A stretch of DNA of 35,488 nucleotides from NCBI GenBank assembly GCA_045597865.1, contig JAZLKX010000048.1:1-35488 (forward strand), given 5' to 3'. Each line of letters starts with the position of its first letter. Within the stretch, counting starts at the first letter, position 1. Shown here one piece after another: positions 8,949 to 19,166 of this stretch. Made by a program: the position numbers and the translations under genes. The DNA comes from Bacilli bacterium (GTDB taxonomy: Bacteria > Bacillota_I > Bacilli_A > RFN20 > CAG-826). The notes below the pieces were generated by a model. The model had not been told where the DNA came from and did no database searches. It saw only the letters and a list, made by a program, of their open reading frames with translations.

Positions 8949-10950
8949 AATCGTCATAGAGAATCGAAGGCGTAATGAGGAGCGCAATGCACCATACGAC
9001 CCAGTGACTGGTCTTGGTTCTACTGCCGTTCCTCGAACACTCGTGCATCTATCTGATTCACCTATCGGCAGCGACCTTTATCTGCCTGACGAAATGCTCG
9101 AATACGAGGCTGTCAAGAATGCAGTCGAGTGTGGCTCTATCAAACAATCACTAACTAATGGTGGTCTATATCCTACCGATGAGAATGTCATTGGCTTCTG
9201 GAAGGAGTTCTGCAAGCTCCGCATCCAGTATGACTTCGAGTTCTGGGCAGCATCATTCGTAGTTATCCAAGACAAGGAGACAGCAGCCGATATTCCTTTC
9301 AAGCTGAACAGAGGTCAGCGGAGACTGCTTGACAAGTTTGAAGAGATGAGACGCAAGGGCAAACCTATTCGTATCATTCTCCTGAAGGCTCGTCAGTGGG
9401 GTGGTTCTACTCTTACACAAGTATATATCGCTTGGCTTCAGCTGGTAATCAAACGTCAGTGGTCTTCCGTTATCTGTGCCCATACGGAGAACACATCACG
9501 CAACGTGCGAGGTATGTACTCCAAACTTTTGGAGAATTATCCTCTATGGCTATGCGATGCAGAGAAGCGTGATGACATTAAGCTATCCAACTATGAAAAC
9601 TCACAGAAGACTCGTATCATCAAAAACAGAGGCTGTAAGATTTCAATCGGTTCTGCCATGAAACCTGATGGTCTTCGTGGTCTTGATGTTGCCTGTGCAC
9701 ACTTGTCCGAGATTGGTCTGTTCCCATCTACGATACAGACAAAGCCAGAAGACCTTGTTCAGTCTATCACGTCTGGTATTCAGAATAAGCCTAATACCAT
9801 TATCGTATATGAATCAACTGCCAAGGGTGTAGGTAATTTCTTCCATCGTGAATGGAAACGTGCCACTACGTCCAATCCGCAGGAGCGTTCCAACTTCGAG
9901 CCAGTATTTGTGCCTTGGCATCTGCTTGATCAATATACTCTTGAGATTGAGGACTCAGTAGCGTTCGCAAAGACTCTTACTGAAGAGGAGATTGAACTGT
10001 TTGAAGAGGGAGCAACTCTTGAAGGTATCGCATGGTGTAGGGAGAAGATGCTTGAATACTCTGATATATGGCGTTTCCATTCGGAGTTTCCACACAATCC
10101 TACCGTTGCATTCCAATCAACGGGACATCCGTTCTACAATCCAGACGACGTGTCACGTCTTGCCAAGACTTGCACGAAGCCTACAATCATTGGCGACCTC
10201 GTTGCTGATGAGCCTTTCGGTGGATATGCTGCATTGGAGAATATCCACCTTGTTCCTAATGACAGAGGTCTGTTCAGAGTATGGAACAAGCCAGCCACAT
10301 ACGAGGCTGTCACAGATAGATATGTCGTGGTAGTGGATATTGGTGGTATGTCACAGCAGGCTGACCGATCAGTGATATGCGTGTTCGACAGATACCACAT
10401 GGCTAATGGTGGTGTTCCTGAAGTGGTTGCTGAATGGTGTGGGCATATAGCTCACTATAAACTTGCATGGCTTGCCATTCAGGTAGCTACGTGGTATCAT
10501 GATGCCTTGCTCGTAATAGAGTCAAACACACTTGAATCACACAGGACGGAGGGCGTTCACTCTGAGTTTATCATGGACGAGATTTCTCGTTACTACAGCA
10601 ATATGTATTGCCGTACTCCTGCCGAGCAGGTAAGGCAAGGTCTGCCTCCTAAGTGGGGTTTCCACACTAACAGACAGACCAAGACTATGGTGTGTGACCA
10701 TCAACGTAAGGCTCTCGAACATAGCCTATATCTTGAGCGATGCGAGGAAGCCGTTGATGAACATCGTACACTTGAGATTAAATCAAGCGGAGAGATAGGT
10801 GCTTCAGATGGCAGCCATGACGACCGTCACATCACTCGCGCCATCGGTGTGTGGGTATGCTATCAATATCTTAGCGTTCCACAGAAGTATGACGACTTGA
10901 AGGACGATCAGACATGGAGCGTATCTTCTACCTCTATGGCTTCGTTTTGA
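8914..10950 (+). CDS. terL: Terminase large subunit (678 aa)
   Basis: FKLNRGQ adenine-binding motif, Walker A LKARQWGGST, Walker B AHLSE, coupling motif YESTAKG, RNase H-like nuclease VVVDIGG...VIESN...HDDR. Confidence 0.95.
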   Translation: MKKEKRELTIGEIVIENRRRNEERNAPYDPVTGLGSTAVPRTLVHLSDSPIGSDLYLPDEMLEYEAVKNAVECGSIKQSLTNGGLYPTDENVIGFWKEFCKLRIQYDFEFWAASFVVIQDKETAADIPFKLNRGQRRLLDKFEEMRRKGKPIRIILLKARQWGGSTLTQVYIAWLQLVIKRQWSSVICAHTENTSRNVRGMYSKLLENYPLWLCDAEKRDDIKLSNYENSQKTRIIKNRGCKISIGSAMKPDGLRGLDVACAHLSEIGLFPSTIQTKPEDLVQSITSGIQNKPNTIIVYESTAKGVGNFFHREWKRATTSNPQERSNFEPVFVPWHLLDQYTLEIEDSVAFAKTLTEEEIELFEEGATLEGIAWCREKMLEYSDIWRFHSEFPHNPTVAFQSTGHPFYNPDDVSRLAKTCTKPTIIGDLVADEPFGGYAALENIHLVPNDRGLFRVWNKPATYEAVTDRYVVVVDIGGMSQQADRSVICVFDRYHMANGGVPEVVAEWCGHIAHYKLAWLAIQVATWYHDALLVIESNTLESHRTEGVHSEFIMDEISRYYSNMYCRTPAEQVRQGLPPKWGFHTNRQTKTMVCDHQRKALEHSLYLERCEEAVDEHRTLEIKSSGEIGASDGSHDDRHITRAIGVWVCYQYLSVPQKYDDLKDDQTWSVSSTSMASF

Positions 10951-11290
10951 TGCGTTTTAAGGTTAGAGAGTCGAACGTGGATTTACTGAGTGCTATTCCA
11001 TCATTACCTGCGTGACGCATTAGGTAATGGAAAGCATAGTTCGTTCGACTTCTCCATACCTTACTTCTCCTCGTGAGCCATGCACTGCCGAATGGCTTAT
11101 CGCTTACAATGACAGAAGGCAATACTCCGTTCCTAACTGCATATACCACCATCTCATTGCCACCCTTCCTGGCAACAATGCAGTTCACCTTGTGGCGTAC
11201 CTCCAGCTTCAGACCTCTAATTACATCCGCAGTCTGGAAGTACAGGTCTCTGATTTTCCTCATGAATGATTTTGATTTCTTTTCTTTCAT
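10934..11290 (-). CDS. Hypothetical basic protein (118 aa)
   Basis: Last ORF of the leftward operon; overlaps the terL 3' end convergently. Confidence 0.55.
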   Translation of the reverse strand: MKEKKSKSFMRKIRDLYFQTADVIRGLKLEVRHKVNCIVARKGGNEMVVYAVRNGVLPSVIVSDKPFGSAWLTRRSKVWRSRTNYAFHYLMRHAGNDGIALSKSTFDSLTLKRIKTKP

Positions 11291-11831
11291 CTCTATTCTG
11301 ATTATTTGTATCGGTTTCTATAAAGTCCTTTATCTTTCGTGGCTTTGCACATCTGTGGAAATGTCTGTCAATCATCTCCTCTGCTATAGGCATGACAGCT
11401 CCTCTGCCTTGCTTTCTTCTTATATTGTCAAGAATGACATCATCCTGCACTGAGAGCGCAATACGTTCGTCTCTCGTAGCCTGTTCCTCTGCAAAGTATT
11501 CTCTAACTATGCCGACGAAATCTTCAAACGAACGAGCCACATTTACCTTATAGCCTTCTTTTCTCAGCTTGTCAATGACGTTCTGCTGATTATCGCTCAA
11601 TCGTCCTGAGTTGCCGTTCTTCATCTCGATATACAGTCCATGATAGCCACCCATTGCACATGGCACACATAGGTCTGGCACTCCTGAGAGTACACCTTCA
11701 TCTTTGAGATTCTTTGCCGTTATTACATTGCGGAACGAGCCATTGGGTATGGCAAATATTATCTTGTCCGCATATTGGTATCTAAACCATCTGACGCAAT
11801 TAACTTGCAGTCTGTGTTCCAAGTCCTTCAT
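11217..11831 (-). CDS. VRR-NUC domain nuclease with C-terminal extension
   Basis: EHRLQ...FAIPNG...GVLSGVPDL...GLYIEMK...GRLSDNQ PD-(D/E)xK signature; GGAGGGAGAAG upstream of the ATG. Confidence 0.88.
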   Translation of the reverse strand: MKDLEHRLQVNCVRWFRYQYADKIIFAIPNGSFRNVITAKNLKDEGVLSGVPDLCVPCAMGGYHGLYIEMKNGNSGRLSDNQQNVIDKLRKEGYKVNVARSFEDFVGIVREYFAEEQATRDERIALSVQDDVILDNIRRKQGRGAVMPIAEEMIDRHFHRCAKPRKIKDFIETDTNNQNRDERKEIKIIHEENQRPVLPDCGCN

Positions 11832-12360
11832 CTTCTCCCTCCATTAATTCTAAAAGTTCCCATTCATGTATTCCGCAGTCCTGGGCAATACGCACCCTGC
11901 TTCCGTTTCTGCTTATTATAGTCGCTTTCTTGCCTGCATATTGCATACGTATCTTGTATCGTTCTCTCTGCCAGTTGCCATTGTCATCAATGAGACCAAG
12001 GTCTTTCAATAGCCAACCCTTGTCTTCATACCATGATGCTGGTCTGAGAGTATGCGATGTTCCTACGCCAAACACTCCGCACTCCCAATACTTGACACGT
12101 TGCTCTATCTCTTTGGCTTTAGCACCTACTCCAGTCATTATATATTCACTCCATCGGTCTTTGAAGCCGAAGAGGTTTCCCACTTCGGACTTCAACTCCT
12201 TGCGTAAGGTGCGATTCTCAAATGGCAAGCACCCTAATATTGTCTTGTATGTATGTCGCAGTACTGCCTGTCTGTCCTTTACGCTTTTCACCGATAGACC
12301 ATAGTCATAAATACACTCATCAGCAATAGCGTTGATATATCTTATGACACCTTTATCCAT
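11800..12360 (-). CDS. Hypothetical protein (186 aa)
   Basis: Start overlaps the stop of the upstream 1372-aa gene; Trp-rich; no motif recognised. Confidence 0.7.
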   Translation of the reverse strand: MDKGVIRYINAIADECIYDYGLSVKSVKDRQAVLRHTYKTILGCLPFENRTLRKELKSEVGNLFGFKDRWSEYIMTGVGAKAKEIEQRVKYWECGVFGVGTSHTLRPASWYEDKGWLLKDLGLIDDNGNWQRERYKIRMQYAGKKATIISRNGSRVRIAQDCGIHEWELLELMEGEDEGLGTQTAS

Positions 12361-15300
12361 TATCTTACCTTCTTACTGCTTTTTTCACCCCAACTCATCT
12401 TGGCTTCTACTCCGAGACATTCAAGTTCACTATGAGCTCTCAATCGTCCTGCAAAGGCAATGCGTATATATCTCATACTCATTCTGTGGAGCTTGGCAAT
12501 TATGTTGCGTGTCTCGCCTCGTACACCGCCAATGCCTATCATTGAGAACTTCGTTCCGTCCTGTGAGCCATACACAATGATGCTTGCCTTGTGGACGAAC
12601 TTCCTGTCCTCGTCTGTAAGCGGTCTGTTTAGAGCAACGCTGAAGTTGCCGTAGAGCCATGCCTCTGTGAATGTCTTGGCAAGTTCTCCGTCAATGACAA
12701 TAGGACGTGTGAGGAAGAAGCAGTCTGTAATGACAGCATCATTGTTCTTGCCCATGTCATACACTTCATAAGAAACATCACCATCACTTTCGCTTTTGCT
12801 TACGAAATACGTTCTTGGGTAGTCATTGATGAAGTACTCAATCTTTCTCATCACCTTAGACCAACCGCCATCAGAGAATATGTATGTGTAATCCTTGTCT
12901 GGATTGCTCACCCACACCTCAGAATGCGTATATCCCCAACCACATTTGGCGTTCTTGATATACTCCTTGAAGTCCTCATCAGTAGGAGCAGTCCGCATAC
13001 ATTCATTGAGCCATGAGTCATTGCGTACCTCACCATTGTTACCTCTCTTGTTGAGTATCACTGGCATTGAATCCAATCTCTCATAGCCATACTCTTCTGC
13101 GAATTGCAGAGGTCTGCCTTCAACTGGCTTGCTTATCTCATGATTCTGCGAACCGCTAATCATGAAGAGACCTCTCTCCGATGGATATACAACCGCATCA
13201 TCAATAGGTGTGATGCCAAGTGAGTTGTTGCATACCTCTCGTGATATTGGTCGCGCGTATGGATATACAAGCTGACCAGATGAGTCAACAAACAAGCCAT
13301 AGATGCCATCGCTACAGAAGACATACAGAGGAGCATCGCCCCACTGACCAGTAGATAATGCAACAGTATTGCTGCACATTCCTACAATCTCTCCATTGCC
13401 TACTTGGTATGTATTCTCAGCAGGGAAGAATAGCGGTGACTCCGTTGCAGATACCTTGAGTACATTACGTCTGTATGTCTTGTTGTTAACTTCGCTGATA
13501 CCGACAATCTCATTGCCTTCAACCATAAACAAGTCGTTTGCATCGTATGATGTCTCATGGAAGTAATAGTCCTGCTTGTTTACATTGTTCCCAAAGATGT
13601 CCGTCTTGTTACTTGCTTCAGCATCTTGCCACCAGCATATAGGTTTCAGGTCACCACTGACAAACGAAGCACACTCAACAGCCTTGAATGGCTTGAGCTC
13701 AAACACAGACTCCTTAACCTTTACCTTGCCATTCTCGACAGCAGTAACATATCCGATACGCATCTTTGTTGCTTGCGAGCTCGGATATGAAATCATCGGG
13801 TTGAGTGGCTTGTATTCTGTGGCGTTCTTCTTGCAGAGTCTGCCTACCGTTATGTTTCCGTCTTCTGTCTTTATGTCAACGATTACATAGCTTGTAACAC
13901 TACCGCTAACGCCAGTCATGCTTGTCATTGCCCACTGCTCACACACTGGATATGCGCAGGCTTCACGAGACTGAATGTAGTAGTTTGCATAGTTCGCTTT
14001 GAACTTTCCAGAAGCAATATCGATGTTTTCTTTCTTCTTGAACTCATCGTCACTCAGAGTTATCTTTTCAGACTCATATATGGTAGTGATGTCTTGGTTG
14101 TTTGACTCTGTAGTTATTGAAACTATATAGTTGTAGTGAGTAGATGATACGCTAATAGGTTCTGTAGATATAACACCATCGTATGAAATTACTGTGAACA
14201 TGTTTGACTGACCTTGCTTGGAAACCTTAATATCCTTCGCGTTCCTGTTCGCTGTGTCAGTTATCCATTCGCTTTCGTATAGGTATGCGTAATAAACGCA
14301 GTTGTTGTACGTGAACTTGTATGCGTCGCGATCGGCAGAATATGTCTGTCCGTTCACGTTTACCTCGCCACTTGCCTCATCTATTCTATATAGCTTGTTG
14401 TCAACCTTGATATAGTAACCAGTACTGCTAATGAAACGCATCCAATACTTGTTATTGTCCTTGCTTTTTGCCGAATATGGAGCGCGAGAATGTTTTGACA
14501 TTGCAGTAAGAGACCATTGCTCTGGTATCTCCATTTCATTCAATGGATAACCGCTGAACTTGGTTTCCGTTATGTTTCCGATGTGAAGTCTTCCGTTATA
14601 CATATATGCACACTCTGCCATGAAGCCGTTGCGTTGCATCGTTGCATCAACAGGAAGTGTCTCGCTTTCTTCAAGGATATTTAGAATTTCGTCCATCTTG
14701 ATGTCTATCCATTCTCCCTTGCGTATTGTCTTGCATGGAGCTGAATAAATCTTGTAGAGGACAGCAGTGTCTTCTATCTCCTTCTTTATCTCTTCGTCTT
14801 TCTTTGGCTTTGCATAGATTGTATAACCGCTATGCTGAAGCTCTCTTGCTGCGTGCGAACTGCCAGTACTCTTCACTTCGTATGTCTCAATGAGGTCGCT
14901 CGACATACCGCTCTCGTTGGCATAATAGATTTCGCTCGACATGAACACACAGACATTCTTGACTATATCATCAACTACATCGTCAAGCATATCGTCAATT
15001 CTTATCTGTAGCTTCTGTCCTGCCAGCACACCCCAGCAAGTATGGAAGTTGTCTGCCTGCTCTCCAGAAGATATATGGCTTCTTGATGTTCCAACCTGAG
15101 CTATTGTTCCTGTAATAGCAAATGCGTTTGGTGGATTGAAGCAGTCTGGGTGCATGATAAGCCAGTTCTTATTGAAGAGCCTCTTGTTCTTGTATGAGTT
15201 AAACGTGCTCTTTGTGGTCATTTGTTCGCAGCAACTGCACGAACGCATTGTAGCATACTGGTCTGCATATTCAAAAGAATCCAAGTCCTTGCTATCGTCG

Positions 15301-16478
15301 AATGTGTATTGCTGAAAAGCGTATGGGACAACAACATCATTCTTTATTGAGTCACCTTTTTCCAAGCCAAACAGATCAAGACGTGCATACGTAGCTGAGT
15401 TACTGCCTTCGCCTTGACCACCCATGCTTAGCATACCATAGGTCATTGCAGCATTCGTCTTGTAGCCATAGCTGAAATTGATAGCCTCGTTGGTCTCTTT
15501 CTCAATCTTTTCACCTAAATACACTTTTGTTAATCCACCCCAAGTAACCTCTGGACGTATCAAGTCCATGCCTTTAGGGTTTTCATTGTATGTGTATGGC
15601 TTGGATAGAATCTGACCGCCTTGCTTGCATTCATCCTTTACGGTATCTATGTTATTTCCAAAAACCTCCCTCTCGTAGCCTCTGTCTGTCTTGTATCGTG
15701 TACCGCTATCGTTTGCTTGTGGCAGCATGACTGGCATACCTGTATAGGCATAGCTCCCATCGTACAATTCAAGAGCAACTACTGCAATGGTAAAGCCATT
15801 CACCCAACCAAGTTCCTTCGCTGTCTTTCTTGCTTGGGCAATACAGCCAAGACCATTGTTTGATGCAGTCAGCTCGTTAAAACCGAGACCTTCCCACGTA
15901 CCACTCTTGTTGTCTTCATCGAGGTTGCCTGGAGTAAGAAGCAGCTGAGGAACGCCTTTATCATTCGTGATAGGCTTTACTCTCAGCTTCATGTTTCCTA
16001 TAGGGCTGAGCTTATCACTCCACACGTCACCATTGTAGTCAATGTCTATATGGACATATTTATTGTTGTTCTTCCACTGAATGAACTGAACCTTGTTTTT
16101 ATCATTGATGCAAAGCAGATTGCCAACCTGATGCACTTGCACAAAGTCCTGCTTGGCAAAGACACCAGTCGCTCTATTCCCATCTGGAATAATCTCTACA
16201 TTATCATTGTCAATGATGTTGGCTACATAATCAACCCCAAAGCCATCCTTTAGCACACCAAGAATATGCTTGTAGTTCTTGCCAGTATGTACGAATAATT
16301 GAGAATAGAACTCAAGTTCAGGCTCTATTCCGTTCCATATACGGACGTTCTCTGTCAGAGGCTTCCACTTTCCCTCCTCACGTCGGAGATTGACAATCTC
16401 CTCCATATCTCCATTGTTGAGGTTGCTCTTGGTGGTATTCCTCACAATCTTACCTATCTCTATAAGTTTCTCTGCCAT
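12360..16478 (-). CDS. Tail nozzle / stabilization protein-like (P22 gp10 / T7 gp12-like), 1372 aa
   Basis: N-terminal GDMEEIVNLR; YMYNGRLHIGN; C-terminal NVLKVS...NTVALSTGQWGDAPLYVFCSDGIY...ISREVC...YPSERGL, a pattern I recognise from Bacteroidota podophage tail proteins; beta-rich. Confidence 0.65.
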   Translation of the reverse strand: MAEKLIEIGKIVRNTTKSNLNNGDMEEIVNLRREEGKWKPLTENVRIWNGIEPELEFYSQLFVHTGKNYKHILGVLKDGFGVDYVANIIDNDNVEIIPDGNRATGVFAKQDFVQVHQVGNLLCINDKNKVQFIQWKNNNKYVHIDIDYNGDVWSDKLSPIGNMKLRVKPITNDKGVPQLLLTPGNLDEDNKSGTWEGLGFNELTASNNGLGCIAQARKTAKELGWVNGFTIAVVALELYDGSYAYTGMPVMLPQANDSGTRYKTDRGYEREVFGNNIDTVKDECKQGGQILSKPYTYNENPKGMDLIRPEVTWGGLTKVYLGEKIEKETNEAINFSYGYKTNAAMTYGMLSMGGQGEGSNSATYARLDLFGLEKGDSIKNDVVVPYAFQQYTFDDSKDLDSFEYADQYATMRSCSCCEQMTTKSTFNSYKNKRLFNKNWLIMHPDCFNPPNAFAITGTIAQVGTSRSHISSGEQADNFHTCWGVLAGQKLQIRIDDMLDDVVDDIVKNVCVFMSSEIYYANESGMSSDLIETYEVKSTGSSHAARELQHSGYTIYAKPKKDEEIKKEIEDTAVLYKIYSAPCKTIRKGEWIDIKMDEILNILEESETLPVDATMQRNGFMAECAYMYNGRLHIGNITETKFSGYPLNEMEIPEQWSLTAMSKHSRAPYSAKSKDNNKYWMRFISSTGYYIKVDNKLYRIDEASGEVNVNGQTYSADRDAYKFTYNNCVYYAYLYESEWITDTANRNAKDIKVSKQGQSNMFTVISYDGVISTEPISVSSTHYNYIVSITTESNNQDITTIYESEKITLSDDEFKKKENIDIASGKFKANYANYYIQSREACAYPVCEQWAMTSMTGVSGSVTSYVIVDIKTEDGNITVGRLCKKNATEYKPLNPMISYPSSQATKMRIGYVTAVENGKVKVKESVFELKPFKAVECASFVSGDLKPICWWQDAEASNKTDIFGNNVNKQDYYFHETSYDANDLFMVEGNEIVGISEVNNKTYRRNVLKVSATESPLFFPAENTYQVGNGEIVGMCSNTVALSTGQWGDAPLYVFCSDGIYGLFVDSSGQLVYPYARPISREVCNNSLGITPIDDAVVYPSERGLFMISGSQNHEISKPVEGRPLQFAEEYGYERLDSMPVILNKRGNNGEVRNDSWLNECMRTAPTDEDFKEYIKNAKCGWGYTHSEVWVSNPDKDYTYIFSDGGWSKVMRKIEYFINDYPRTYFVSKSESDGDVSYEVYDMGKNNDAVITDCFFLTRPIVIDGELAKTFTEAWLYGNFSVALNRPLTDEDRKFVHKASIIVYGSQDGTKFSMIGIGGVRGETRNIIAKLHRMSMRYIRIAFAGRLRAHSELECLGVEAKMSWGEKSSKKVR

Positions 16479-16499
16479 ATTTCCCTCTGTAAATCAATA

Positions 16500-16507
16500 C
16501 AAAAATA
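16500..16507 (-). promoter_or_regulatory. Putative -7 promoter box for the 1372-aa gene
   Basis: TATTTTTG on the minus strand 21 bp upstream of the ATG, just after a terminator. Confidence 0.4.
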
Positions 16508-16509
16508 AT

Positions 16510-16540
16510 AAAAAAAGGTGACACATTTCTGCATCACCTT
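16510..16540 (-). terminator. Intrinsic terminator
   Basis: Minus strand AAGGTGATGCA-GAAA-TGTGTCACCTT followed by a T run, just after the 364-aa gene stop. Confidence 0.75.
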
Positions 16541-16546
16541 AATTAT

Positions 16547-17641
16547 TCAGCAATACCACAGCGGTCTCTCCATTATCACTCCTTGTTGCGATGACAGAAG
16601 CTCTTTTATCATCTCCATTCGCTTCAGGAACTCTTCGTACCATATCTGCGCCTCTTCTGGTCTTACCAGCAAGAACCACCTGTAGATGCAGTATGTGATG
16701 ATGGCGTTCTCAATATGCGTATCGAGAGCCTTCAATGCTGCCGTACTATTGGCAAACGGCATGAAGAGTATGTAGTGAATCGTCTTGCGGAAATCAAACG
16801 GCATGAACTCATAGTAATAAGGACAGCCGAACTTGTTGTTCGATGTGCAGTTGGTATGAGCCACATACAACTCGGTAAGGTCTTCGTCATATTTGAGTTC
16901 AAGCCAGTCTCCTGCATTGATTCGATGTGGGTGAACGTCCTGTGTCTTTGTCTTTACTGAAACGACGATCACGTCAAAGACTCGCTCTGCACCAATGCCG
17001 TTATCCTCAAAATCAGCCTCGTAGTCTGGAATGAACTTCTTGGTGTACGTATAGACCGTCTTGCCGTCAATCTCCTCAGTGCGCATTGAAGCATTGCTCA
17101 TGTCAATACGCTCAACGGCAGTAGTGCGTTTCTTGTAAATGTCACCGATAACGTCCTCAACCTTGTATTCAAGTTCAACGCTTGCCTCAACGTAGTGTTC
17201 AGGAGCAATCTGCTTGTTGCTTCGGAGCGCAATCTCTACGCTGTTGTCAGCATTGTCAAACGTGAACTTGGTCGTGAACTTATATCCTCTGTCAACAACC
17301 TTATTGTAGCTCTTGAAATCTTCCTCGTCATAGAGGTAGCTCTCTGCGAGTGACTGAGTAAACTCAAGAAGAGGAATGAATACCTGTGCCATTGCGTCCT
17401 TTGTCAATGGTCTGTTAAGGTCAAACTCATCATTTGAGTAAGTCATTCTGTCAACAAGGAGATTGCCGTTCTGATCCGCTCTGTTTGCACCGATATAGTT
17501 GGTGCGTTTCTTGACCTCCTTGATAATATCATCAATGCGGTATGCAAAGTGAACGAGCTTCCTGTTCTTGATATTGCGCTTGCAAATATCCAACTTGACA
17601 ATATCTGTCAAGTGTTTCGTATCGTCTGCTAATAGTAACAT
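16547..17641 (-). CDS. Putative tail adaptor / connector protein (364 aa)
   Basis: Directly upstream of the nozzle-like gene; helical N- and C-termini (LDTHIENAIITYCIYRWF...EEAQIWYEEF) flanking a beta-rich insert. Confidence 0.5.
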   Translation of the reverse strand: MLLLADDTKHLTDIVKLDICKRNIKNRKLVHFAYRIDDIIKEVKKRTNYIGANRADQNGNLLVDRMTYSNDEFDLNRPLTKDAMAQVFIPLLEFTQSLAESYLYDEEDFKSYNKVVDRGYKFTTKFTFDNADNSVEIALRSNKQIAPEHYVEASVELEYKVEDVIGDIYKKRTTAVERIDMSNASMRTEEIDGKTVYTYTKKFIPDYEADFEDNGIGAERVFDVIVVSVKTKTQDVHPHRINAGDWLELKYDEDLTELYVAHTNCTSNNKFGCPYYYEFMPFDFRKTIHYILFMPFANSTAALKALDTHIENAIITYCIYRWFLLVRPEEAQIWYEEFLKRMEMIKELLSSQQGVIMERPLWYC

Positions 17642-17652
17642 CTTTCCCTCCT

Positions 17653-17898
17653 TTAAATTGCTTTCTTACCAAAGTAAACATTCATCGCTGCCTCGTTGGA
17701 TTTCTTGTTGTTCTTCTCGTCAGCAGCATCCACATCGCTCTTAGGCATCAATGTCTTAGCCAAGTCTGTCATCAGCTTCATTCTGTCCTTTGCATCGAGC
17801 TGTGCAATATCATCCTCGCTATTGGCATACAGGCTGTCAAACACCTTGAGCATCTTTTCCTTGACAGATAGTCTGTCCTTTCCGTTTATCTCGTTCAT
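17653..17898 (-). CDS. Small helical protein, possible terminase small subunit-like
   Basis: DIAQLDAKDRMKLMTDLAKTLMPK resembles the 'L..kdRl....l....PK' pattern of small packaging-associated proteins. The ORF is well supported; the function is tentative. Confidence 0.45.
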   Translation of the reverse strand: MNEINGKDRLSVKEKMLKVFDSLYANSEDDIAQLDAKDRMKLMTDLAKTLMPKSDVDAADEKNNKKSNEAAMNVYFGKKAI

Positions 17899-18659
17899 TA
17901 TCGTATAGGTTTAATGGTTGGGTTCTTTATTCTCTGCTGCAACCAAGGGTCTTGGTAAGTTCCGAACGAACTCAGCTTACCACCATTCTGTAGTGCGTAT
18001 TGATTTGCAGTGCTCAAGCTCTGGTCGTATGTCGGATATTGAGGCTGTTGCTGTACTTGCTTTGTATCTGCCATGTTGCCACCTTCTGGCTTGGCATTTG
18101 TTCCGTTCATCAAACCGCTACTTATAGCACCCTGTGCAACTTGTCCGAAGTTCTGTATGTTCTTGACCGCATTTGCAGCACTCTGCATCTGCAACTTCTG
18201 CTGAGCATCATCTGCATTCATCTGACGCTGGAACTGATTGTTCTGTGCAGCCATCCAGTTCTGACCAATGTGTCTACGAGTTCTCTCTGCGTTGGCTCTG
18301 ATATTGCTTACTGCATCCGAGTATGCGCTCATAGCTCTGCCTTGCTGAGCAACAGCCTGTTCGTGGGTAGCACCAGTAATGACACCTCTGTTCTGCTGAA
18401 TGTCGGTCATTCTCTGGTTATACTCTCTCACCTGTTTCAAGGCATTGGCACCTTCTGCCGTACGCATCGGGTCTCTGTAATACTCCATGCGGTAGAAAGC
18501 ATTCTCTTGAGCAGCCTTTGCATCAATCTTTCTCTGCTTGTCTGCCTCGTAGTCCTTCTGTCGGTCGCTTGCTTTCTTCTGAACGACTGCTGAACTCGTA
18601 GCTGTTGCAGCAGCAATAGCCGTACTTGCAATCAATAGTCCTGCCGTAAGTCCACACAT
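17898..18659 (-). CDS. Internal virion (ejection) protein, T7 gp14 / P22 gp7-like
   Basis: Met-Cys start, hydrophobic Ala-rich N-terminus (MCGLTAGLLIASTAIAAATA), then a Gln/Ala-rich coiled coil. Confidence 0.65.
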   Translation of the reverse strand: MCGLTAGLLIASTAIAAATATSSAVVQKKASDRQKDYEADKQRKIDAKAAQENAFYRMEYYRDPMRTAEGANALKQVREYNQRMTDIQQNRGVITGATHEQAVAQQGRAMSAYSDAVSNIRANAERTRRHIGQNWMAAQNNQFQRQMNADDAQQKLQMQSAANAVKNIQNFGQVAQGAISSGLMNGTNAKPEGGNMADTKQVQQQPQYPTYDQSLSTANQYALQNGGKLSSFGTYQDPWLQQRIKNPTIKPIR

Positions 18660-18662
18660 AGT

Positions 18663-19166
18663 CTATTCCTCCTGTTTCTTTTTTGTATTTTTCTTCATTC
18701 CCTTGAAATCATCTTCGTCAATGTCTATGTCGAGATGTCTCTTCGTCTTGTCAACAAGTATCTTCTGCAATACCTTTGCCCATCGTTCGTCTGAGCATGA
18801 TGATATGTTCTCCAATATACTCCACACCTGTAACATACAGAAAACTGCACTCATGATGTTTGCAAGATACATCTCTACGAATGTGAGTATGTGCGTGTCA
18901 ATCATATACATAAGAACAATCAGTGAGCTTATTCTCAGCATTGTTCCGATAATCTTGCTTGCATCTGCCGAGTTGAATTTCTTTGCCTTCTGCTTTGGAT
19001 AATACAGGGCAACACGCCTGCTTAAATCCCATGCCGATATAGCATCAAGCACTATCGCAATGATACATATTGCCAAGTATGGAAACATCGGAGCAACATA
19101 GCCAATGAAGGCAGCAACGATACATGATATGAACTTATACACGTTATAAACGAAATTCTCTTCCAT
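18663..19166 (-). CDS. Holin (phage holin 4_1-like), 167 aa from MEENF
   Basis: Three to four hydrophobic helices, IVLDAISAW, WSILENISS, highly charged C-terminal tail; GGAGGGTAAA directly before ATG 19166. Confidence 0.8.
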   Translation of the reverse strand: MEENFVYNVYKFISCIVAAFIGYVAPMFPYLAICIIAIVLDAISAWDLSRRVALYYPKQKAKKFNSADASKIIGTMLRISSLIVLMYMIDTHILTFVEMYLANIMSAVFCMLQVWSILENISSCSDERWAKVLQKILVDKTKRHLDIDIDEDDFKGMKKNTKKKQEE

